Assembly: GCA_963826825.1 (NCBI GenBank)
Contig: CAWGYV010000016.1
Location: 414,771-478,770 of the forward strand
Length of the DNA: 64,000 bases
From: an uncultured Acidimicrobiia bacterium
Lineage (GTDB): Bacteria; Actinomycetota; Acidimicrobiia; Spongiisociales; DATADW01
Reading direction: 5' to 3'
The notes beneath the pieces are model-generated. The model worked only from the letters and a program-made list of their open reading frames with translations, did not search any database and was not told the DNA's origin. Position 1 is the first letter of the stretch, and the number at the start of each line of letters is the position of its first letter. Of the stretch, positions 41,372 through 50,511 are shown piece after piece. A program made the translations under genes and the position numbers.

Positions 41372-41734
41372 GTGCCGACAGATCGGGTACCTCCGGGATG
41401 GGGTGCGCTCTGGCGGCAGTCGGCACAGGGCTGGGTGGAGGATCCGGCGGGTCGAGCCGTGTGGCGTCCCATCGTCACCACCTCCGCCACGCTCTCCGAG
41501 TGGGAGGTCGACACCTATCTCGGACTGGTCACCGGGGAGCTGGCCGTCTCCGTCGACAACCTGGAGGGCGGTCTCCGCTCCGCCCGACAGGACGCGGTCG
41601 AGCGGATGGTCGACGATGCCCTGGCACGGGGAGCCCACGCCGTGATCGGCGTGTCTGTGGACCTGGTCGAGGTTGCCGGGAGGGTGGTCGTGTCGGCCGC
41701 GGGCACCGCGGTCACTCTCAAGACCAGCGAGTGA
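41372..41734 (+). CDS. YbjQ-family (UPF0145) domain protein; true N-terminus uncertain
   Basis: IVTTSATLSEWEVDTYLGLVTGE...ARGAHAVIGVSVDLVEV...VSAAGTAVTL. The upstream 40.9-41.37 kb shows acidic/Pro-rich coding-like signal in shifting frames. Confidence 0.65.
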   Translation: MPTDRVPPGWGALWRQSAQGWVEDPAGRAVWRPIVTTSATLSEWEVDTYLGLVTGELAVSVDNLEGGLRSARQDAVERMVDDALARGAHAVIGVSVDLVEVAGRVVVSAAGTAVTLKTSE

Positions 41735-41736
41735 GG

Positions 41737-42965
41737 TCAGGTCCGTAGCTGCAAAGGGCAGGTCCCGGTCGGGACGCGGTTCGCCGGGCAGGCCCAGGAT
41801 CCTCTCGGCGATGATGTTCTTCTGCACCTCGTCGGTGCCCCCGCCGATCCGCAGATCCGGGCGCTCCGAGGAATGCCGAGATCCACTCTGCCGGCCTCGT
41901 CTCGCCCTTCGAGCGTTCCGAAGGGACCGAGCAGGTCGAGTCCCAGGTCGTATGCCTCGCTCGAGGAACCTCGTAGCGGCCAGTTTGACCACCGAGCCCT
42001 CTGGGCCCGGGGGTCCGGCCCTGGGCGAGTGAGGTCAGCAGGCGCAGCTTGTGGAACTGGAGGAGCCGCGACCCAATGGCGACCTGGGCGAACCGCTCCC
42101 GAACCGTGCGACGGTCCGCCGGTGCCGGTCTCGCCGATGAGTGCCTTGAGCGCCTCCACGACGCCCTCGGTGTCGAAGATGATCCCCATCCTCTCGAACA
42201 TGAAGGTGGTGATCACCACCGCCCACCCCTGGCCGACTCCTCCGACCACCCGGTCATCGGGCACCGACGACCTCGTCGAGGAACACCTCGTTGAAGTTGG
42301 ACGACCCTGTCATCTGGACGAGCGGGTTGCAATCGCACCCCGGGGTGGCGCATGTCCACCACGAAGGCGGTCAGCCCGCGGTGCTTGGGGACACCGGGAT
42401 CGGTTCGGGCGATGCAGAGCCCCCAATCGGAGCGGTGGGCGAACGTGGTCCAGACCTTCTGGCCGGAGAGCACCCATTCCTCGCCGTCACGAACCGCCCG
42501 GGTCCTCAGCCCGGCGAGGTCGGAGCCGGCGTCGGGCTCGGAGAACAGCTGACACCACACCTCGTCGCCGCGCAGCAGGGGTGGCAGAAACCGGTCGCGC
42601 TGCTCGTCGCTCCCGTGGACGAGTATCGCCGGACCGCACCACCCAGCCCGACCGCAGAGCGCATCGCGGGGCAGATCGAACCGGGTCTCCTCCTCGTCGA
42701 AGATGACCGATTCGACGAACCCGGCACCGCGGCCCCCGTATCGGGTCGGCCAAGCGATCCCTGCCCAACCCTCGCTCGGCTTTGAGACGCTGCCAGTCGA
42801 TGGCTGCGCCGGAATCGGGCCTCCTCCTCTTCAGGAGACCATTCGGCGACTATCGCCGACGGAGCTATCGGCGGGCCGAGGCCGCGTCAGGGCGTGATTC
42901 TCGAGCCAGCTTCGTGCCTCGGCGCGGAAGGCGGCTTCCTCGGCCGAATCCCTGGGGTCCACCAC
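41737..42965 (-). CDS. Acyl-CoA dehydrogenase family protein (at least 5 frame breaks; 3' end uncertain)
   Basis: The reconstruction reads VVDPRDSAEEAAFRAEARSWLENHA / IDWQRLKAE / GWAGIAWPTRYGGRG...GPAILVHGSDEQRDRFLPPLLRGDEVWCQLFSEPDAGSDLAGLRTRAV / QGWAVVITTFMFER / LRIGGGTDEVQKNIIAERILGLPGEPRPD. Confidence 0.8.
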
Positions 42966-44209
42966 AGGGAGGGTAGAGCCGGCTTCGCGATGGCGGCGTA
43001 CGCGGAGGTCCCCGGACACCGATTTGAAGTTGAGCCGGGCCGAGCGCTCGACCGGCTGCTCGGCGGGTGCGGGATCGGGGAGAACCACCCGGCCCGACAT
43101 CGTGTCGGCTTCGAAACCCAACTCGGTGCCGGTCGGGATCCCCACGGTGAAGTCGCCGCTCACCGTCTTGACCGATAGACCGGCGCCGGTGAACCGCGAC
43201 ACGCGGACATTTCCGCTCGCAGTCTTGATCTCGCTGTTGCCGTCGGCCTCGTCGACCACCACGTCGCCCGACGCGGTCTTGCAGCCAACCGCTCCCGATG
43301 CGGCCGACTCGCAGCTCGCCGGATGCAGACGAGAAACGGAGCTCGCCACCGACCTCCTCGACCCTCACGTCACCCGAAGCCGTCTTCACCGCGGCATCGC
43401 CGATGACCGACCCGAGCCGAACATCACCCGAAGCGGTATCCGCCTGGAGCGATTCCAGTCGAAGCTCCACCACCAGGTCGGCCGAGGCGAGCGACGACTC
43501 CAAGCCGCGACCCCGTCCGGGGCTGTGATCGACACCCGGTGGGCGCCGCGACTGACCCGTTATGCCACGACCCGGTGAACTCCTGTCGCACGACGACCGA
43601 AGAGCCGGTCTGACTGACGACGAACTGCTCGGGGTGGGGGCCGTCGATCGTTACTTCGACCCATTCCTCGGCGCCCTCGACGATCTTGACCTCGCCAGAG
43701 CGGAGCGAGATCTCGATCCGTGGCGGCGCCTCGACCGTGAACTGTTCGTGCCTCACAGCCGGATCGTCCCCTTCATGCTCCTCCCTGATCCGGTCTGGCT
43801 GCTCGACTTCACGTTGCTGGGCCGCCAGGGTCCGCACGACGAAGGAGTTGACCGAGTCGCCAAGCTGCTGGGCAGCGGACTCCACGGCCAGCTTCAGGTT
43901 GGCGGGGACGCGCAGCGTGATCCGGGCGTCGAGGTCATCGGGGTCGACAACCTCATCGGTGACGGCGTGCCGGATACGGAGTACCGGCTCCCCTTCCTCG
44001 AGGACCACGTCCACCTCTCTGCCGGGAAGCTGGGCGGCCACCTCGTGGGCGGCTTGCTGGGCCAACTCGTAGGCCACCTGTCGGAACGCCGGCCGGAGGG
44101 CGGTGAGCAGGGCCTGCGAAGCCTGCTCGACCGATGGGTCGCTCCCGGTCAGGGCGAGATGGTCGGCCACTGCCCCCTCGATCTGGGTGAGTGCACCCGC
44201 TGTGTCCAT
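42831..44209 (-). CDS. Ribbon-helix-helix (Arc/CopG-like) N-domain fused to DUF4097 beta-strand-repeat domain (frame breaks ~43500 and ~43340; stop not resolved)
   Basis: ARITLRVPANLKLAVESAAQQLGDSVNSFVVRTLA has an RHH pattern. Repeated TASGDVRV / SASGELRV / TASGNVRV / TVSGDFTV / SVSGDLRV units follow. The frame runs without a stop into the ACAD N-terminus. Confidence 0.65.
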
Positions 44210-44413
44210 CGCTCAGTTCCCCCGACCCGCCGTTCCCGGCACCGCCGGGCGACGGTCGGCTGGGCGGGTGGCGTCCGAACGACGTGATGCCGGCCTGCTG
44301 TCTCGTCCCCGGGGACGCTGGCCCCTCGCCGCGGTGAACTGCCTCACCTTCTCTGCGTGGAAACGATCGCTGAATCCCAGGTACATGACTACTCCTCCCG
44401 CTATCGACATTGC

Positions 44414-44443
44414 TGACATCACTATGATGTCATAGTGATGTCA
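44414..44443. promoter_or_regulatory. Operator-like nested inverted repeats of the octamer TGACATCA in an AT-rich spacer
   Basis: The sequence is TGACATCA-cta-TGATGTCA-tag-TGATGTCA. The outer 11-mers TGACATCACTA and TAGTGATGTCA are exact reverse complements. It lies ~205-235 nt upstream of the RHH-DUF4097 start, in the region downstream of the M15 peptidase gene stop. Confidence 0.7.
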
Positions 44444-44465
44444 TCTTGTCAAGAGGATTTTGTTG

Positions 44466-45305
44466 TCACATGTCGAGGAGCGCCCTCCACGTATTCGGGC
44501 CGACAACACCGTCCACATCGATGGCGGCGGCGCCTTGGATCGAACGCACCGCTGCGTCTGTGTTCTTACCAAAGGAACCGTCGATTTCGAGCGGTGATCT
44601 GACGCTGAGCAGAGCCTGGAGCGATCGCACCGCGGTCCCCTTGTCCCCCTTTCTCAGGTATGGCAACTGGACCTCGACCGAGGCCTTCTTGGTCGATGCG
44701 ATTTCCGACACCATGGTGCTGTCGCTTTTGACAGCGCGTTGCCCGGCGATTCCGTGTCGCAGCTCGTCGGGATGACAGTCGATCTGAAAGTGCATCAGAT
44801 CGGCGTCTGGCCGCCAGTGGCCGCCCCACTTCCACACCCTCACCCCCCGTGTGGTGACGATGGCGTCCACCGCGCCGATCTGATCGGGGGTGAACCTGGT
44901 CTGGTGCCAGCCCGACCAGGGCACGTAGGGATTGGCCGCCGGGTCGAGGTCGATGGCGATCCCATAGCTGTGCAGGCTGGGCAGATCGCTGCCGGCGATG
45001 TTGCGCACGTTGAACGCCCATGAGGACTGCGGGGTGTAACCGCCGGCCCGTAGCGCCTGCTCGAGGGCGGCATAGGCCGGCGCGGCCAGGGTCGGGACAC
45101 CTCCCACTCCCCTACCGAAGAACTTGACGTCGGCGAACTCGGATTTACCTGCGTACCAGGGAGCCCACCAGGAGCGGAGCGTCGATGTCGGCGCCCGGTG
45201 CTCATCCTCCAACCACTTCTTGACCTCCGGATCGGAGCGCTCGGCGCCATCCGGGTCCATCTGGCCCGCCAGGTCGGCGGGCGGTTCCAAGGGAACATCA
45301 GCCAC
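44466..45305 (-). CDS. M15-family (VanY/D-Ala-D-Ala carboxypeptidase-like) peptidase with C-terminal peptidoglycan-binding domain
   Basis: Intact, 279 aa. It carries SLHSYGIAIDLD and ADLMHF (Zn ligands). The PG_binding_1 pattern is LRKGDKGTAVRSLQALL...IDGSFGKNTDAAVRSIQ...GVVGPNTWRAL. Confidence 0.8.
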   Translation of the reverse strand: MADVPLEPPADLAGQMDPDGAERSDPEVKKWLEDEHRAPTSTLRSWWAPWYAGKSEFADVKFFGRGVGGVPTLAAPAYAALEQALRAGGYTPQSSWAFNVRNIAGSDLPSLHSYGIAIDLDPAANPYVPWSGWHQTRFTPDQIGAVDAIVTTRGVRVWKWGGHWRPDADLMHFQIDCHPDELRHGIAGQRAVKSDSTMVSEIASTKKASVEVQLPYLRKGDKGTAVRSLQALLSVRSPLEIDGSFGKNTDAAVRSIQGAAAIDVDGVVGPNTWRALLDM

Positions 45306-45423
45306 GGGTCACCTCCCCACGAACGGAACGATACGCCCCAGGGCAGCCTGATACCCCGTCATCCGGTTGAGAACGGGTTGACGACATGTTCGCTCGAGAG
45401 ATCGGCGTGATCGGGGCAATACC

Positions 45424-47329
45424 CTATCGAGTCGGCGGGACCGTCACCTCGTCGAGGATCTCGTATGTGGTCGATCGCCTGGCAGGGACGCGGTTGGCGG
45501 CGATGATGGCCGTCTCGAAGTCGGAGGGGGTGACCTCCTGACCGTGAGCAGCGCCTGCGGAGCGGGTGATGATCTCGTTCATCAGTGTCCCGCCGAGGTC
45601 GTTGCAACCGGCGTCGAGCAGCCGGGCCCCCCCGTCGAGCCCGAGCTTGACCCACGAGGCCTGGATGTTCGGGATGAGGCCGTCGAAGGCGATGCGGGCG
45701 ACAGCGTGCACCAGCACCACCTCGTCCCAGGTCGGGCCGGGCCGCGACCGACCGCGCAGGAAGATCGGCGCCCCCATGTGGACGAACGGCAGCGGGACGA
45801 ACTCGGTGAAACCACCGGTGCGCCGCTGGATTGCCCGCAGCACCTCGTAGTGCTCCGCCCACGACGCCGGCCCGTCGATGTGACCGAACATCAGCGTCGA
45901 TGTGGCACGCAGACCCAACTCGTGGGCGGTGACCATCACCTCGGCCCACTCGGCGGTCCTCACCTTGTCCGGGCAGAGGTGGTGGCGGACACGGTCGTCG
46001 AGCACCTCAGCCGCGGTACCGGGGAGGGTTCCCAACCCGGCGTCGCGCAGCCTGGTGAGGAACTGCCGCACCGGCACGCCGAGCGTCTCGGCGCCCTGCC
46101 ACACCTCGAGCGGCGTGAAGCCGTGGATATGGATGTCGGGAAGCTCCGCCTTGATCGACTCGACCACGTCGGAGTAGAAGTCGCCGGTGAAGTCGGGGTG
46201 GATACCGCCTTGGAGACACACCTCGGTCGCCCCGCGCTCCCACGCCTCGCGGGCTCGCTCCACGATCTCCTCGACACCCATCAGGTAGGGCTCGCCCCTC
46301 AGGTTGAGCGAGCGGGGGCCCTTGGAGAAGGCGCAGAACCCGCAGCGGAAGTAGCAGAGGTTGGTGTAATTGATGTTCCGGTTGACCACATAGGTCACCC
46401 GGTCGCCGTTGGTCTGTTGCCGCAGCAGGTCGGCCACCCAGGCGACTGCGTCCACCTGGTCGCCACGGGCGCGGAACAGCGCCTCCACCTCCGACTTTGT
46501 CGGCGTCATGCCATCGAGCGACCGCTCCAAGATGGGGGCGAGGTCACCGGCGCCGTCCAACTCCTCCGGCGGCCGGCCCTCCACCCAGAGGGCGTCACCC
46601 CACTCCGCCGAGAGGCGCCGTCCCGGTACCGGGAGCGGTTCCTCGAGCCCAGGCGCCCACCGGTAGCGGGGTCGGGCGGCCCCCGACCCGTCCACCTGGC
46701 CAAGCCAGGCGGTGAAGAGCGGCGCGGGAAGCTCCGCCCGGACCTGATCCACGTCCGCCCCGACGGGGAGAGCGGTTCGCTCCACCAGGGCGTCGGGGGC
46801 GAGCGCAACGCGCAGCGCCGCCAGTTGCTCCACCCCCCAGTCGCGCAGGAGCAGATCCCCAGCCCCCGAGCGCAACCGCCGTCACGGCGTCCTCGATGGT
46901 GTCCACGAAAACCGAGACGGTGGCGACCAGACCGGGGAGCCCGGCGAGATCCGCGGCGTCGGCAACGCGGCTCCTCCCGGTCCGGAGGAAGACTGCCTGC
47001 GACCGGGCCAGCGCATCGAGCACGATCTCGCGGGGGCCCTCGTCAGCAACCGTCAAGCGGAAACCGGGTATCCCGTCAGCGGAGAGCGCCAGTGCCGTCG
47101 CCGGGAGCGCCACCCAGGCCGCCGGGACCGCCCCGACGAAATCGACACTGTCCGCCGGATCGCCGACCTCCACCGGGAGGATCCCGCCCGATCCGGCGGC
47201 AGCGACGTCGACCTCGCTCAAACCGGCCACCTCGAGCGTGGTGGTCCCCTCGCGCCTCCGGGTGGAGGCGGCGAGCTCGATTATCCGTTCGGCGGGGCGG
47301 ACACGCAGATAGCTGATGGTCCGGGGCAT
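45424..47329 (-). CDS. cofH: FO synthase subunit CofH (radical SAM) with an unusually long N-terminal region (frame break ~46870)
   Basis: VTYVVNRNINYTNLCYFRCGFCAFS (the CxxxCxxC motif), EVCLQGGIHPD, STLMFGHID and NDLGGTLMNE are present. The ATG at 47329 overlaps the cofG stop (TGATG). Confidence 0.85.
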
Positions 47330-48468
47330 CAAGCCGCTCCTTCCAGTTGCGGGGCCGCGGCATATCCCTCGGCGTCGATCGCTCCCCGAACCTTTTCGAG
47401 CAGCGAAGCGTCGATCCACGACGGGCGGATGTACTCCGGATAGACGGGCAGGCGTGGCATCAGACGGAAACCGGCGGCCTCGGTCCGCTCCCGCAACTCC
47501 TCGAGGTGCGGCCACGGGGCTTCCGGGTTGACCCAGTCGATGGTGAGCGGCGAGACGCCTCCCCAGTCGTTTATCCCGGCGTCGAGGTACTGCTCGAAAC
47601 GCTCGGTGAGGTTGGGCGGGACCTGGAGGTTCATCTCCGGGCCGAGGATCCAACGGGCGACGGCGACCACCAAGGCGAACCAAGCCGGGACCGGCTCGGC
47701 ATGCCGGCGCATCGGGGTGTCGGCCTTCGCCCTGAAGTTCTGGACGATCACCTCCTGGATGCACCCCCAGCGCTGCTGCAACTGGGCGAGGGCGAAGAGC
47801 GATTCGATCACCTCGTCGCGACGCTCCCCGATCCCGACCAGGATCCCGCTGGTGAACGGCACGCCCGCTCTCCCGGCGGCCTCGATGGTGGCCACCCGGA
47901 GACCAGGGTCCTTGTCGGGGCAGTCGTGATGGGGCATCCCTGGCTCCATCAGCCGGGGTGAGATGTTCTCCAGCATCAACCCCATCGACGGGTTGAAGGG
48001 ACGGAGCGAGAGGATCTCCGGTTCGGTCATCACACCAGGGTTGGCGTGGGGAAAGAGAGAGGTCTCGGCCGACACCCGCTGTGACATGGCGATGACGTAT
48101 TCCATCGTCGTGGCGTGGCCGTTCCGGTCGAGGAACGCCCGAGCCTGTGGCCAGCGCTCCTCGGGGCGGTCGCCGAGGGTGAAAAGCGCCTCGGTGCACC
48201 GGTGGGCCTCGCCCGCCCGCGCCACGGCCATCACCTCTTCGGGTTCGAGGTAGACGCCACCTGCACCGGGAGGTTTGGCGAACGTGCAGTAGGAGCAGCG
48301 GTCGCGGCAGAGAGTCGTGAGCGGGATGAAGACCTTGCGGCTGTAGGTGACCGTCCGACCTCTCCCCTCGTCGCGCAGCCGTCTCGCTTCGGCGAGGAGC
48401 GGTCCGGAGGGACGGGCACCCTCGAGGTACTCCAAGGCGAGCCCGGGGTCGGGGGCGGGGTGGGCCAT
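47329..48468 (-). CDS. cofG: FO synthase subunit CofG (radical SAM)
   Basis: Intact. VTYSRKVFIPLTTLCRDRCSYCTFA and GILVGIGERRDE are present. The likely start is MAHPAPDPG at 48468; the ORF track gives 48537. Confidence 0.88.
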   Translation of the reverse strand: MAHPAPDPGLALEYLEGARPSGPLLAEARRLRDEGRGRTVTYSRKVFIPLTTLCRDRCSYCTFAKPPGAGGVYLEPEEVMAVARAGEAHRCTEALFTLGDRPEERWPQARAFLDRNGHATTMEYVIAMSQRVSAETSLFPHANPGVMTEPEILSLRPFNPSMGLMLENISPRLMEPGMPHHDCPDKDPGLRVATIEAAGRAGVPFTSGILVGIGERRDEVIESLFALAQLQQRWGCIQEVIVQNFRAKADTPMRRHAEPVPAWFALVVAVARWILGPEMNLQVPPNLTERFEQYLDAGINDWGGVSPLTIDWVNPEAPWPHLEELRERTEAAGFRLMPRLPVYPEYIRPSWIDASLLEKVRGAIDAEGYAAAPQLEGAA

Positions 48469-48501
48469 GAGAGGCGGCACGCTAGTCCCGGCACCGGTGC
48501 C

Positions 48502-48536
48502 GGCCGACCAATCTGGCCGACCAATCTGGCCGACCA
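48502..48536. repeat. 2.7 x 13-bp tandem repeat GGCCGACCAATCT in the cofG/lipoprotein divergent intergenic region
   Basis: The sequence is ggccgaccaatct ggccgaccaatct ggccgacca. It lies 34 nt upstream of the cofG ATG (minus strand) and 43 nt upstream of the lipoprotein ATG (plus strand). Confidence 0.9.
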
Positions 48537-48578
48537 CCGTGGCACCACGCTCGAGGACGGCGCTTTACCCTCGGCACG

Positions 48579-49470
48579 ATGGCGATCCGGCTTCTCGCCC
48601 TCCTGATCCTGCTTGCCGGGTGCGTCCCCGACGGCGCCGCCCAGACGACCGATGTCCCGGCGAGCACCACGACCACCAGCCAGGTGACCACCACCACCGA
48701 CCCGGGCCCGCCCCCGACGACCGCGGCCGCCGCACCCCCGTGCCTCGCCGGTGACGAGCCGTTCACCTCGCGGACGACCGGCGTGGTCGGGCGGCCCGAC
48801 GGCGATGCCGCCGCCATCGCCGGGCTGCGATGGGAGGACTTCGATGGGTGCCAGCGTGTGGTCGTCTCGCTCGCCACCGCCGACCAGGCACCGGCAACCC
48901 GCAGCGGTCAGGTCGAGGTGTCGGTCCGCTCCGACCTGGGGGTGGTTCGGATCGACTTCGGCACAGAGGTGGAGCACACCGCCGTCGCCGACGCGGTGAT
49001 GGACACAAGCCTCGTTGCAGGCGCCTATGTGGTTCGCGACATCGAGGGCGGTCTCTTCCTCGACCTGCATACCGAGACCAGCGTCGAGGTGAGGGCGATG
49101 ACCCCGAGTGCGCCCGCCCGCGTCGTGGTGGACCTGCGGCCCGTCGGCGAGCGAGGGCTCAGGTTCGGCGGCCACCGGACCGCTTGCGGTCCTGATGACA
49201 CCCAACCAGCCGGCGACGTCCTACCCCATCGAGGTGAGCGGCTACGCCAGGACGCCCGAAGCGGCGGTGGTGATCCGCCTCACCGTGGACGGGGAGCAGG
49301 TGGCCACTCTCGGTACCCCCGCCACCGACTGGCTGGAGACGTGGGGGGTCTTCGCCGCCACCATCCAGGACGGGCCGCCCGGTGAAGGCGAGTTGATGGT
49401 GGGGGACGGGTCGGAGTTGGACACCGTCTTCGGATTCACGATTCGAGAAGGCCCGGAAGCGGAGCGATGA
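48579..49470 (+). CDS. Lipoprotein with Thr-rich linker and Ig-like (Gmad2-like?) C-terminal domain (frame break ~49160)
   Basis: The lipobox is MAIRLLALLILLAGC. It is followed by TTTTSQVTTTTDPGPPPTT. After a shift the C-terminus reads SYPIEVSGYARTPEAAVVIRLTVDGEQVA. Confidence 0.6.
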
Positions 49471-49943
49471 CCACCGACCCCGAGTCGAGATCCACCTCGG
49501 GGACGAGCGGTTCGACGAACGGGACCTCGAAACGGTCTTCTCCCCGCTCGATGACAAGCCGGTCCTGGGCGCCACCGACGATCACGTCGACGACGCGGCC
49601 GACCACCTGGCCGTCGCCGGTGTGCGCCTCGAGCCCGACCAGGTCCTCCGGCCAGTACTCCCCTGCCTCCAGCGGCCGCAGCTCGTCTTCCTCGATGGTG
49701 AGCTCTACGTTCGCCAGGTCCTCGGCTGCGGTGATGGTCGCCACGCCGGCGAAGCTGACCAGCATCGCTCCTCGATGGGGGCGGACGTCGGACGACCGTG
49801 AGCTGACGCGGCGGCTGTGTCGCCGCCGTGAGGCGCGCTCCGGCCACGAAGCGCTGCGGATTGTCGGTGTCGGGGAAGAGAACGAGTTCGCCGTTGAGAC
49901 CGTGCGGCCGGCCCAACCGGCCCACCGTCACCGGCTGGCCCAT
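49436..49943 (-). CDS. rimM: Ribosome maturation factor RimM (frame break ~49770)
   Basis: The N-terminus is MGQPVTVGRLGRPHGLNGELVLFPDTDNP. The PRC-barrel C-terminus is EYWPEDLVGLEAHTGDGQVVGRVVDVIVGGAQDRLVIE. Confidence 0.88.
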
Positions 49944-49947
49944 CGCC

Positions 49948-50203
49948 TCACTCGTCGAGGAATTCGACTCCCGCTTGGAGCCCTTCCTCGTCTGCTGCAG
50001 CTTGGGCGAGGGTGCGGATGGCCCTGCGCCACGCGGCCGCGCCGCCCGATGACCCTGCCCATGTCGCCGCGTGCGGTTGTCACCTCGACCACGACGTCTT
50101 CCGGGCCCTGCTCGACAACATCGAGGCGCACCGCCTCCGGTTTGGAGACGATCTGTGAGACGACGTAGCCCACCACGCGCTCGGTTATGTCGCTCCGGCT
50201 CAC
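49948..50203 (-). CDS. KH-domain RNA-binding protein (KhpA/UPF0109; frame break ~50040)
   Basis: [52 protein letters not shown]. The shifted tail ends ...GVEFLDE-stop at 49948. It lies between rpsP and rimM, as in other actinobacteria. Confidence 0.82.
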
Positions 50204-50490
50204 GATCCCGCCACGGTGTGGATCTCGCCCTTTGCCACCTTGAAGCGCGACCAGGCACCCGACGACTCGAGCAGCCTGCGGACCGGCTCGGTTGGCTGGG
50301 CTCCCTTGCGGAGCCAGTCGACCGCTTTGTCGTTGTCGATCTCGATGAGAGTCGGCTCCTGGCGGGGGTCGTACCGCCCGATCTGCTCGATGTACCGGCC
50401 GTCCCGCGGGGTGCGGCCATCGGCGACGACCACCCGGTACACCGGCTGCTTCTTCTTACCCATTCGGATGAGGCGGATCTTCACCGCCAT
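50200..50490 (-). CDS. rpsP: 30S ribosomal protein S16
   Basis: [42 protein letters not shown]. The ORF-track start at 50511 is trimmed to ATG 50490. Confidence 0.95.
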   Translation of the reverse strand: MAVKIRLIRMGKKKQPVYRVVVADGRTPRDGRYIEQIGRYDPRQEPTLIEIDNDKAVDWLRKGAQPTEPVRRLLESSGAWSRFKVAKGEIHTVAGS

Positions 50491-50511
50491 CGCATCACCA
50501 TCCTGTCCCAA

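Noticed and set aside
44213-44422. 69-aa minus-strand ORF directly upstream of the RHH-DUF4097 gene, possibly a small regulator
   Set aside because: The product is an Arg-rich low-complexity sequence without a recognisable fold motif. The region is better explained as a 5' leader/promoter containing the TGACATCA repeats. It is not called, although a broken small gene cannot be excluded.
46595-48199. 534-aa minus-strand ORF and many other long Arg/Pro/Gly-rich ORFs (for example 725..1441, 3051..4307, 34260..35897, 45544..47316, 58415..59905)
   Set aside because: These are typical high-GC shadow ORFs. They are out of frame or antisense to genes with clear family signatures, have low-complexity R/P/G/A composition and carry no recognisable motifs.
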